Source: a virus
IMG/VR virus record: IMGVR_UViG_3300032883_000150
Span: 1 to 38,019 of that record
Reading direction: 5' to 3' (one strand)
Length of the DNA stretch: 38,019 nucleotides
Shown here piece after piece: positions 5,038 through 13,583 of this stretch; position 1 is the first letter of the stretch; each line of letters opens with the position of its first letter. The position numbers were made by a program, and so were the translations under genes. Below the pieces are notes generated by a model. That model saw only the letters and a list, made by a program, of their open reading frames with translations. It was not told where the DNA came from and ran no database searches.

Positions 5038-8000
5038 TCAACTCGCTTTCACCGTATATTCGCAGATTATCCTTTGCGTCTTCCATTTCGGGAATTGTTC
5101 CGCCGTCCTTAAAGCATACTGCGTGACCGCGCTTCCGCCCGTCGCCGCCGCATAGAGTTCGATATGAGTTATGACATCCGTGCCGTCGATCGTGTACCCA
5201 TTGTCCATCTCGAACTCGGCATGGTAGGAGATCGTGTTGTACCCGCCGCTTGAATACGAGGCGGAGGGGAACTTGGTGCATAGGACGCGGGTGCTGCCAG
5301 TTATTGCCACCCCACTGGCATTGCAGAGTTGCATGTAGTATGTGCCATCGTGGACGGCGTTCTCCCAGCAGCTGAAGAAATAATGGCCTTGCAGGTCCTC
5401 CGGGCTGGTGAACGATTCCGATTTCTCCGACCTCCCGACGGTCTTCGTGAGCCAATTGACCAGAAGACTGTCAGTGTTGTTGACGGTGATCTCCGTCGAA
5501 TCCTCCCGCACTACGATGCCCGTCACTTTCATTTTGAGGGCGCTTATGCCCAACTTGGCGTAATTCAGGGTGATGATGCGCCCACTGCCGTAGTATTTGC
5601 TAGATGTCAACAGGCGCATGAGCTCCGGGTAGATACCGGATACCGTGATCTGACCTTCCCAGATGTCCCTCGATACCGAATCGAGGTATCTGAACGCGGC
5701 ATCGTTCACATCCGCGAGCGTCTTCAGGTTGTCGTCGAATATCTGCTCCACGACTGGGAACTTGCACTTGACGCGGAAGCTGTCCGCCTTGCCCCTGTCG
5801 TCCCGTGCGGCCACCAATGGATAGCCGAATGCGTCCTTGCCCACGACGATGACGCCGCTCGGCCGGTCGCCCGCCTTCTTCGTCAGGCTGCAACCGGTTA
5901 TGCGCAGCTCCTCGTCCGTGGCCGACGAATCGCTGAAGGTCGCGACCGAGGCGTCGCTCAGAGCGTACCGATGTCCCGCCTTGATGTAGTCTATCCCGCC
6001 CAGGCGGTAGTGCCCGATCGCGTGTTGGTATCCCGAATAGGTCCCGCTCGTCTCGAACAGGTCGCTAAGTTCGCGCAGGCATTCGCCCAAGGACTTGCCC
6101 TTGGTGCGGTAAAGGGGCAGGGTGCGGTCGCAATCCGTCGATACCGACGCCGTTACGTCCGGATCCAATCCGATAAGGCTGGTGAACGCCTCTTCCAGCG
6201 TCCTTGTGCCATAGTAATAGTGCAGCAGGCAGCGCTTGTTGACATATGCCTCGTCCTGCATGCCGGCGACGGCGTTGAAGAACTTGGCCTGTTTCATGCC
6301 GGAGGGGCGCTTGTAGATGTAGATCTTGTCCGCCGCCTCATCGACGGCATAGTCCCCTGGAGGCACGTCGACGTACTCGGCCTGATGGATGCTCGATAAC
6401 AGGACGTGGTCCGTGACCGCGACCCATGCGGCACCATTCCAGTATTTGTATTCGGTCACCTCGTAGCGCGGCGCATCCTCTATATCGACGTACTGGTCCG
6501 TCGCGCTCGGCTCGTTGAGGTAGATGTAGTAGGGTCTGCCGACGACCAGTTCCAGCGGTTCGTCGAACCAGTAGGTCCAGGGCCAATACCACGGAGAGCC
6601 GGTCGTGCCGCCGTCCACGCCTATCGTTCCCTCAAGCAGCGGCGCAGTGGTGTCCGGGTTGCCGCTCGAATTGCAGGGCAGTATCTTGAATTGAACATCG
6701 GGCGGTGAATGCACCAGGCCGGGGCTGGAGAGACCGACGCCGCACATCAATGGCTTGGTCGCATAGAACTTCTGCGCTATGGCCGCCTGTTTAATATTGT
6801 ATGTGCTATCCCCTGAGTCGCCCAGGTCTATGCACTCATCGTTGCTTGCCACCTGAAGCGAGACCAATGGCTGCAATATTCCAGCGTCTGTTATCCCCGT
6901 TATCTCGTATCGGTTGTTGGCATCTACCCAGGCCAGGTCCTTCTTGACCGAGTCGCGGTAGTTCTTGTAGACCGTCTTGCCTATCTTCTGGTTCTCGAAC
7001 CATTGAAGCCAATCGCAAGCCTCCACGGTAAGGATGCCATCGCTGCCTTCGCTCATTTTCTGGATCGCGCCGTCGAAGACCCGCGTCTTCTCCCCGGTCA
7101 AAGTCGGATAGAGATAATACCGGACCGAATCGCCCTCATCCAACGCCTGCGCCACGCCGTCGCTCCATCCGGTGAAACTGGAACTGAGAAGGTTATCGGC
7201 GGCGACCGTAGTGGCATTGTCGAGCTTGAAGACGACCTTGCGCGGATGGTTCTCCGTATGATGGAACTCGCGGCCCATGATGCGCGAATCGTTGGAGTTG
7301 TCGGTATATTTGATGAACGGTCCAGTGTCCATATATGTGATGACCAGTCTCGGTCGATGCCCTTCCAGTGTGGCAGTTCCTAGATATGTTTCGACGTAGT
7401 TCGTGCCGCCTACCCCCGGGGCAGTGTTATCGACGTCGCCTTTCATTCTCAGATAGAAGGCGTTCCATCCTCCCGGGGTTATATTGACGGCCGGGATGGT
7501 GAAATCATTGTATATCCCATTCGTGAAACTGGTGACCGAGGCAACGGCGGCACCGATGCGCGTCTTGACGTAATCGGCATCGACCGCTGGCCTTGATGGG
7601 TAACTGTAAACTGGAACGCACACGCTCAACCCACGCTGCGGAGGTCCGTCATCGAACGCCGTGCCGACGATATACAATCCCAGAGTCGCCGAGATGATCG
7701 TCGCATCCGCCGGGATGGCGCTCAGGTCGAAGTGGATGGCCCCCCTGTAGATGTAATAGTGTGTTCCGCCGTTCACGATGCCAGAGCAGTGAATTAGATG
7801 CGAATAGACATCGCCGATGTCCTGGGAAGGGGCGGTCGCGGCGTCCCTCGCTCCGGTGAAGGTCGTTTCGGCGGTGCTGCTCAGGCGCCTGTCGTCAGCG
7901 CCGCTGTATGTCGTGAGGACGGTCGCCGGTATGTAGGTGATGACCAACCTCGGCCGGTGCGTCTGCGATGTCGCCGTGCCGAGATACGCGCCCATCTGGT

Positions 8001-8565
8001 TGTAGTGATTCGTGCCGGATGTGGGGGCGGTATTGTCAACGTCCCCCTTTATCCGCAAATAGAAAGGGTTCTGCGCGCCCGCAACGAGGTTCCCCACCGG
8101 GATGACGAAATCGTTGTATGCGTTGGCCGTGAAACTGGTTGTCGTGGCGATGGCCGCGCCTATGCGCGTCCTGTCGTAGTCGCCGGTGACTGGCGGCTGG
8201 GATGGGTATCCGGCCTCCGCGGCGCAAATGCTCATCCCGGTCTGCGGCGCGCCATCGTCCCATCGGTTGTTGTTCGATACGAATAGGCTTAGAACGGCAG
8301 AGAGTATGGTAGAACCGGCGGGAATGGAGGAGAGGTCGAACCAGATGGCCGCGCGGTACATGATGAAATTTAAAGAGGTATTCCATGAGTTGTGCAATAA
8401 CTCATCCGCGACGTTGCCGACGTTGACGACCCCTCCTGTCGCATCGTCGCGCGCTCCCGCGAAGGTCGCGTTCGTCGATGTGAGTTGGCGGTCGTCGGCG
8501 CCGCTGTAGATCGTCGCCGTGGCCGTATCGTGGCTTATCAAAACCTCGAATTGGGCGACTGGCAT
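5038..8565 (-). CDS. Large distal tail / baseplate protein (1175 aa) with two tandem N-terminal 200-aa beta-sandwich (DNRLRE/CBM96-like) domains
   Basis: Lies between the Dit-position gene and the fibre. Residues about 12-212 and 213-412 are a duplication (YSGADDRxL...FDLSxIPA...SAxL...HRPRLVITY at a 200-aa offset). Confidence 0.75.
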   Translation of the reverse strand: MPVAQFEVLISHDTATATIYSGADDRQLTSTNATFAGARDDATGGVVNVGNVADELLHNSWNTSLNFIMYRAAIWFDLSSIPAGSTILSAVLSLFVSNNNRWDDGAPQTGMSICAAEAGYPSQPPVTGDYDRTRIGAAIATTTSFTANAYNDFVIPVGNLVAGAQNPFYLRIKGDVDNTAPTSGTNHYNQMGAYLGTATSQTHRPRLVITYIPATVLTTYSGADDRRLSSTAETTFTGARDAATAPSQDIGDVYSHLIHCSGIVNGGTHYYIYRGAIHFDLSAIPADATIISATLGLYIVGTAFDDGPPQRGLSVCVPVYSYPSRPAVDADYVKTRIGAAVASVTSFTNGIYNDFTIPAVNITPGGWNAFYLRMKGDVDNTAPGVGGTNYVETYLGTATLEGHRPRLVITYMDTGPFIKYTDNSNDSRIMGREFHHTENHPRKVVFKLDNATTVAADNLLSSSFTGWSDGVAQALDEGDSVRYYLYPTLTGEKTRVFDGAIQKMSEGSDGILTVEACDWLQWFENQKIGKTVYKNYRDSVKKDLAWVDANNRYEITGITDAGILQPLVSLQVASNDECIDLGDSGDSTYNIKQAAIAQKFYATKPLMCGVGLSSPGLVHSPPDVQFKILPCNSSGNPDTTAPLLEGTIGVDGGTTGSPWYWPWTYWFDEPLELVVGRPYYIYLNEPSATDQYVDIEDAPRYEVTEYKYWNGAAWVAVTDHVLLSSIHQAEYVDVPPGDYAVDEAADKIYIYKRPSGMKQAKFFNAVAGMQDEAYVNKRCLLHYYYGTRTLEEAFTSLIGLDPDVTASVSTDCDRTLPLYRTKGKSLGECLRELSDLFETSGTYSGYQHAIGHYRLGGIDYIKAGHRYALSDASVATFSDSSATDEELRITGCSLTKKAGDRPSGVIVVGKDAFGYPLVAARDDRGKADSFRVKCKFPVVEQIFDDNLKTLADVNDAAFRYLDSVSRDIWEGQITVSGIYPELMRLLTSSKYYGSGRIITLNYAKLGISALKMKVTGIVVREDSTEITVNNTDSLLVNWLTKTVGRSEKSESFTSPEDLQGHYFFSCWENAVHDGTYYMQLCNASGVAITGSTRVLCTKFPSASYSSGGYNTISYHAEFEMDNGYTIDGTDVITHIELYAAATGGSAVTQYALRTAEQFPKWKTQRIICEYTVKAS

Positions 8566-9315
8566 CTATATGTCCTCCACCAGTGTGAGAGTGAACGGCA
8601 CGTTCAGTTCGCCGCCCCTGGGAGAACAACGGAAGTCCTCGATGAATGCGTTGTCGACGCTGACGTATTCCGTGACGAGGGCGACGTGATTGCCATTGCC
8701 GCTTTCCTCCTTCATCTGATTTATGCGGTCGATGGCGAACGAGTCCCAGGGAAGTTTGCCGACGACCGTGATGACGCCCGCCTGTCCGCCCCTGCGATAC
8801 ACCCTTCCCTTGTCCCGGCCCTCGCAGAAGTGGTTGGTTATCACTTGGTCGCGCCGAGGCGGGGTAACGCTGTTGATTATGGGCGACCCGGATGCGCCAG
8901 TATTGAATATGACATGCGGCCCCAACGTGTCTGGCAATACTCCAAGCGTCCACTGGAAGTTCTCGAAGCGCAGGAAGCGCGATTGCAGGCGCCCGCCCGC
9001 GCCCTCGTAGATGAAGAACCTCGGTTTGGTGGCCGTCGCGTTGTAGACCTTGAGGGGGGTGGAATAGACGCCATCGTGGGTAAGCGATCCAGACACATTC
9101 ATGGTGATGTAGGAGGTGACGCCGAAATCATAATGGAGATGGAGGACCGCGCTGTTCGCAATGTCGACCGTGTAGGCTTTGATGGAGGCGGCGTTGACCG
9201 TCACGGTATGGGTAGCCAACAGGGACACGTTGTCGTTCACTCCCGGCACTACGCCGCCTACCCAGGTCGAGGTCGTGTTCCAGTTGCCCGTCGCCGCGCT
9301 GCTTATGCTCGCCAT
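8566..9315 (-). CDS. Tail/baseplate structural protein (distal-tail-protein position)
   Basis: Immediately follows the tape-measure-like genes, 249 aa. N-terminus GNWNTTSTWVGGVVPGVNDNV resembles N-termini of beta-helix proteins. Confidence 0.5.
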   Translation of the reverse strand: MASISSAATGNWNTTSTWVGGVVPGVNDNVSLLATHTVTVNAASIKAYTVDIANSAVLHLHYDFGVTSYITMNVSGSLTHDGVYSTPLKVYNATATKPRFFIYEGAGGRLQSRFLRFENFQWTLGVLPDTLGPHVIFNTGASGSPIINSVTPPRRDQVITNHFCEGRDKGRVYRRGGQAGVITVVGKLPWDSFAIDRINQMKEESGNGNHVALVTEYVSVDNAFIEDFRCSPRGGELNVPFTLTLVEDI

Positions 9316-10050
9316 TTACAGACCCCCCATTATCTCAAGCGTGTCCCTGGCCGCCGCCCTCTGCTCGGTCGTTCCCGCACCGCCCTCTGGGAAGTTCACC
9401 GTCTGATTCACCGTCTGGCTTGATCCCTGCCCTTGGCCGAGCAGATACCCACCTATCCCAGCGGCCGCGCCGATCCCCGCGCCGACCAGGGCCACGGCCA
9501 TCGGCCCCTTGCGCAGCACGCTGAGATATGTCTCCGCTACCGCCAACCCCACCGTCGCCGACCTGAGCATGGTCACTATCTGGATCGCGCCGCGCAGCAA
9601 CTGGAAGCCACCGACCACCAAGCCGACCGCGGCGTTGACCTTCTGCATGAAGGCGGCGGTGCTGTCGCTTATCAGGCCCAGCTCGTGCATTGATGAAGTA
9701 AGCCTGGTCATCCCGCGGTAGGTGCTCATGACCGCTATCTGCTGAGTCATGAAGGCGATGTTCTGCCTCTCGGTGACCGCGTAGCCGCGCTCTCCTGCGG
9801 CACTCAGCCTCTGATTGGCGGCCGCCGCCTCGTCGAACGCCTTGGCCTCCGTTCCGGTGACCGCGGTGTATTCGCGCACCGCCGCCGAGCCTTCTTGCGT
9901 GGTCTGCGCCTGCTGTTGCGTGGCGACCGTGGCCTGGTTCGTGAGGTCCAGGGACGTGCGGTTCGCCGCGGCGATGTTGTCCAATGTGCCGGTGACCGCG
10001 TCGGTCGCGGTGAAGACATACTCAAGTTCCGCGCTCATCCCCTCTGCCAT
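9316..10050 (-). CDS. Tape-measure-like protein, part 2 (244 aa)
   Basis: Ala/Gln/Thr-rich helical N-half and Gly/Ala-rich hydrophobic C-half (VALVGAGIGAAAGIGGYLLG). Sits downstream of the chaperone. Confidence 0.5.
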   Translation of the reverse strand: MAEGMSAELEYVFTATDAVTGTLDNIAAANRTSLDLTNQATVATQQQAQTTQEGSAAVREYTAVTGTEAKAFDEAAAANQRLSAAGERGYAVTERQNIAFMTQQIAVMSTYRGMTRLTSSMHELGLISDSTAAFMQKVNAAVGLVVGGFQLLRGAIQIVTMLRSATVGLAVAETYLSVLRKGPMAVALVGAGIGAAAGIGGYLLGQGQGSSQTVNQTVNFPEGGAGTTEQRAAARDTLEIMGGL

Positions 10051-10589
10051 CAGACCACCGCCTGCGCTCTTGCGTCATTCAGGGCCTGCCTGCGCTCGGA
10101 CGGATTGCCCATGTCGAAGGACGGCAACTCCCATGAGCCGCTCGCGAACTGGAAGGTGGAATAGGCGAGGGCCGCCATGCTGACGGCGAGTGCGATGTTG
10201 GCCCAGTCCTGCGCCGCGGCGTGCGCGATCGTCTCGGCGACCGCCGCCGCGGTGGTGATGGCCGCCTGCGCATTGACTGCCGCGGTTATTCCCTCGTATA
10301 CCATCCAGATGGAGTAGTTCACGATGGCCGCCCGATATACCGCCTCGAGGACGCGCCCGGTATCCCCTCCCATCAGCCCGAGGGCGGTCATCGACCATAT
10401 TATGTTAGACATTCCGCGAACGTTGACAAGGCCCTTCATGCTGGAATCGATGCGGGATGTCGCGCCATCGAACTGCCCCGTTCCGGTCGGCTCGGGCAGA
10501 TGGTAGTAACTTTGAGCCAAGGATTCCATTGGCCCGACGGTCTGGTCCGCGACGGTGAACGTGTGTTCAAGCAGGCTTGGAAGCGGCAT
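10050..10589 (-). CDS. Tape-measure-like / tail internal protein, part 1 (179 aa)
   Basis: Hydrophobic Ala-rich segments. ATG 10589 preceded by GGGAGAGG. TGATG overlap with the next gene. Confidence 0.45.
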   Translation of the reverse strand: MPLPSLLEHTFTVADQTVGPMESLAQSYYHLPEPTGTGQFDGATSRIDSSMKGLVNVRGMSNIIWSMTALGLMGGDTGRVLEAVYRAAIVNYSIWMVYEGITAAVNAQAAITTAAAVAETIAHAAAQDWANIALAVSMAALAYSTFQFASGSWELPSFDMGNPSERRQALNDARAQAVV

Positions 10590-11217
10590 TGAACCTCTCC
10601 CGCGCCGCCACCACCGCGTGCGCCTCGTCCTCCATCTCCCCGATCAGCGCGTCCGCTTGCGTCCCGGTCATGTTCTCAAGGGTCAGGTCGCCCGGCAGGG
10701 GAATGCCGAAACGCTGCGCCATCGCCAGGACGCCGCCCGATATGCGCGTCTCGGGACCGGGGGCGACCGCCTCGGTGAGCACATTGTAAAGCGCATCCGC
10801 CTCCGCATCGGGCAGGGACGAGAGCAGTCCGTCGAGGTCCTCTAGGGTCTTCACCCATGCAGGTTCCTGGATGCATGCCAAGGTGAATATGCGCTGCTTG
10901 ACCGCCATCTTCGCGCCCATCTCGACCAAACGTTGCATGTCCTCGCCCGAGAGTTCGCCCTTCGCCTTGATGGTGTTCCAGAGTGGCTTGTAGTCCTCCG
11001 CCAATCTGGCGTATTCCGGGTCGCGCATCAGTTGCATGCTCAGGTCATCGCGGTCGAATTTGCTTATCTTCTTGATGACGACGTAACCCTGCGCGGTCAT
11101 GACGGCCCACCGCTTGCGATGCTCGGTCAGTATGGCCTTCGCTGGCACTAGGTTCTTCCTCACGTCATCCGGCAGTTCGCTGTCGAACTCTATCAGGTCC
11201 CTCTTGTCCAATTCCAT
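10567..11217 (-). CDS. Tail assembly chaperone (positional call)
   Basis: Acidic 216-aa protein between the tail tube and the tape-measure-like genes. No slippery heptamer seen. Confidence 0.45.
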   Translation of the reverse strand: MELDKRDLIEFDSELPDDVRKNLVPAKAILTEHRKRWAVMTAQGYVVIKKISKFDRDDLSMQLMRDPEYARLAEDYKPLWNTIKAKGELSGEDMQRLVEMGAKMAVKQRIFTLACIQEPAWVKTLEDLDGLLSSLPDAEADALYNVLTEAVAPGPETRISGGVLAMAQRFGIPLPGDLTLENMTGTQADALIGEMEDEAHAVVAARERFNAASKPA

Positions 11218-11224
11218 CCGCCCC

Positions 11225-12175
11225 TTACGCTATCGTCAGTCCGTTGAAGATCATCTTCACGGTTTCCTCGTTCAGGTCTTGCTTCAGTTCCGGCAGATCG
11301 TCGGCCACGAATATGCCGCCAGCCAGCGTAACGGTTTCATCGTCGATCGGGATTGTCAGCGCCGTGACCGCCGAGTTCGCCAACTTCGCGGCGGTATAGG
11401 TTTCGTTCTTTGCTGGCAACGTCATCTCGAAGATGATCTGGCGTTTTCCTTCGGAGATGTCGATCGCGGCTAACGGATATTTTACCGCGTCGTTTCCGGT
11501 CTTGACGCCCGGTTCGCGCTGTAAGTTGTTCCTTACGGTCAGCGACCACTTCGTCGGATGGACGTTCGTTAATCCACCGGCGCCGATGTTGATCTGGAGA
11601 ATGCCTTTCCACGTTAGGATTGCGGTAGTTACTATCGTTGGATCGGCTCCGATGACGATGCTTTGGAACGCGGCATAGGTCTTGGTCGTATTGGCTTCAA
11701 CGTATTGCGCGAGTATCTCGGCATCGAACATTATGGCCTTGCCCGGCGCGTCCGCGGAGATCTTCAACTCGTCGATCATGCAACCGTTGTATAGATTATA
11801 ATAACTGGTCGCTCCTTGCGTCTTTCCTACTTCTGCGGTGAATGAACCGAGCCTTCCGTATGTGGTCGTTCCATCCTGGATCCCACTTGTCGCGCCGAAG
11901 GCATAGAGGGCGAAGAACTTTGTCCAGTCGTAGGCAGATGAAACGGCTTGCGCCTTCCCCGAGTAGGAGAATCCGGCTTCGTATGGACCGCGCGAAACGC
12001 TATTGAAACCACGCGAGCCGGTCACGAATTCTTCCTCGACGTTGAAATTGACCTTCGGCTTGATGCTGACCGGCACTCCGGTATAGGTCAGGGCCGTTGT
12101 CAAACTCGTCCCGTATGTCGATTCCGCGCTGAAATAGAGCCGCCTTACCTCGCCCGTCATGTATGTGTTTGCCAT
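11225..12175 (-). CDS. Major tail tube protein
   Basis: 316 aa, beta-rich. Canonical position between neck proteins and the chaperone/tape-measure genes. Confidence 0.65.
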   Translation of the reverse strand: MANTYMTGEVRRLYFSAESTYGTSLTTALTYTGVPVSIKPKVNFNVEEEFVTGSRGFNSVSRGPYEAGFSYSGKAQAVSSAYDWTKFFALYAFGATSGIQDGTTTYGRLGSFTAEVGKTQGATSYYNLYNGCMIDELKISADAPGKAIMFDAEILAQYVEANTTKTYAAFQSIVIGADPTIVTTAILTWKGILQINIGAGGLTNVHPTKWSLTVRNNLQREPGVKTGNDAVKYPLAAIDISEGKRQIIFEMTLPAKNETYTAAKLANSAVTALTIPIDDETVTLAGGIFVADDLPELKQDLNEETVKMIFNGLTIA

Positions 12176-12185
12176 TTCCCTCTCC

Positions 12186-12599
12186 TCATGCCGCCTCGTA
12201 GTAGATGACCAGAAGTTCCAGCGTCATCCTATAAAGTTCTCGTTCAAGGAACGAGTTGTCCGTCCAGCGCCGCTGCACCATGAAGCACAAGCCGGTCGCC
12301 GGATTGTTGTTGTTCGCGTTCACGATGCGGTCCATCTCCGTCCGCATTTCCATGATGTCGGTGCGGTCGTTCGCCCAACAGTCTATTTGGTAAACAGCGT
12401 CGATGCGGTGGAAGGCGTTGGAGCAGTCCTCGATGGTGCGCGGGGCCATCAGCTCGCGTATCATCACCAGCCGCGTCACGTTCCATGATTCACGGTGCCA
12501 CTCGATGCTGAAGCTGGGCGTGAACGCATTGGTCAGGTTGGCCGCCGTCCATTGACCGGAGAACAGGGTCTTGAGCGAGTCGGCGTAGTCGGTCGTCAA
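12186..12599 (-). CDS. Neck / tail-completion protein (137 aa)
   Basis: TTG 12599 preceded by GGAGGTG + 6 nt, overlapping the upstream TGA (TTGA). The ORF track starts it at GTG 12608. Confidence 0.5.
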   Translation of the reverse strand: MTTDYADSLKTLFSGQWTAANLTNAFTPSFSIEWHRESWNVTRLVMIRELMAPRTIEDCSNAFHRIDAVYQIDCWANDRTDIMEMRTEMDRIVNANNNNPATGLCFMVQRRWTDNSFLERELYRMTLELLVIYYEAA

Positions 12600-13582
12600 T
12601 ACGGCCACCTCCGCGAGGCATCATATGACGGCGGCGGCGAGACGTAGACCTCGATGTCGCTTCCGAGTTCCGCGAGCAGGGAATCGACCTGCTTCTCCAA
12701 TGCGGCGATCCGGTCGGCGTAGATGGACTTGTGGCCCGCACCCTGCATCGCCTCGAAGGTCGGCACCGCGGCCATCTTGGCGCACAGTTTGCGCACCTTG
12801 TAGGGCACGGCCGTTACGCCGTATTGGTAGGTGACCTTGACCGCCTGGATCGGATAGTATGGCGATTGCAACAGTTCCACGAATCCGGTCCTCTTGTTGT
12901 CCTCTGATAAGTAGTAGTCCTCCTCGGCACCCGACGTCATCAGTTCGTAGGTGCTGCTGCCGTCGCGGTAGTAGAGGGTGGTTATCGAGATGACCGGGTA
13001 GTTGCGCAACTTCAGTATCGGGCTTCCGTCCCATTCGTATATCTCGTCCGTGGCCGTCTGCTCGCTCCACGTTTTGTTCGTCCGGTCGTCTATCTCGCTG
13101 ACCGCGTCGGCGATGAACCGCTCGATCTGCGCGTTGCTGACGGCCATCAAGCCCGTTGCCGAGGCGTTGGTGATGTCCCTAACGTCCTGCACGGAACAGT
13201 AGGTGTCCTCGCCGAAGTCGCAGTTCGTGAAGGTCCATGCGGCGGCCGACTGCGCGCCGCTGAATCCCTTGAACCTGCACCTTGTCGCCGTCATTGTGGT
13301 CGTCACGGCGGGCATCGTCCAGGCATTGTGCGGCAGCGTTTCGGCGGACTTGATCTGAGCCTTGTTCGTCGCGGTGCCGACGATGGTGATCGTTATCGCA
13401 GTGGCAGCCGATGCGAATCCCGCCCCGGCGGTGTCGTCGAACTGCAACACGGTCCCCGCCCCCATGACCAGGGTGCCGTTGTGACCACCGCTCGTGTCCG
13501 TGACCAAGAGGTATGTGTAAGTTGTGTCGGCCGAGAGGGTCGTCGTCCCGCCGTTGAGGTTGAGGGTTCCGCCTGCTGTCAT
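12596..13582 (-). CDS. Head-tail connector (gp6-like adaptor) with about 125-aa N-terminal Thr/Gly-rich beta extension
   Basis: The C-terminal 200 aa match the gp6-like connector pattern: VQDVRDIT...IERFIADAVSEIDDRTNKTW...LKLRNYPVISITTLYYRDG...DYYL...VKVTYQYG. Confidence 0.7.
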   Translation of the reverse strand: MTAGGTLNLNGGTTTLSADTTYTYLLVTDTSGGHNGTLVMGAGTVLQFDDTAGAGFASAATAITITIVGTATNKAQIKSAETLPHNAWTMPAVTTTMTATRCRFKGFSGAQSAAAWTFTNCDFGEDTYCSVQDVRDITNASATGLMAVSNAQIERFIADAVSEIDDRTNKTWSEQTATDEIYEWDGSPILKLRNYPVISITTLYYRDGSSTYELMTSGAEEDYYLSEDNKRTGFVELLQSPYYPIQAVKVTYQYGVTAVPYKVRKLCAKMAAVPTFEAMQGAGHKSIYADRIAALEKQVDSLLAELGSDIEVYVSPPPSYDASRRWPY

Positions 13583-13583
13583 C

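Noticed and set aside
5329-6399. Long plus-strand ORFs opposite structural genes (also 8485-9423, 16223-17278, 20924-21697, 32183-33043)
   Set aside because: These are Arg/Gly/Val/Asp-rich shadow ORFs, typical of the antisense strand of GC-rich genes. The minus-strand partners have clear family motifs and operon context.
4098-8565. Diversity-generating retroelement targeting the fibre or tail protein
   Set aside because: No reverse transcriptase anywhere in the window. I saw no template/variable repeat pair. The internal duplication at 7330-8565 is a diverged protein-domain duplication.
10567-10700. Programmed -1 frameshift in the tail chaperone gene
   Set aside because: No XXXYYYZ slippery heptamer seen in the 3' end. 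The overlapping downstream ORF has its own ATG and GGGAGAGG RBS.
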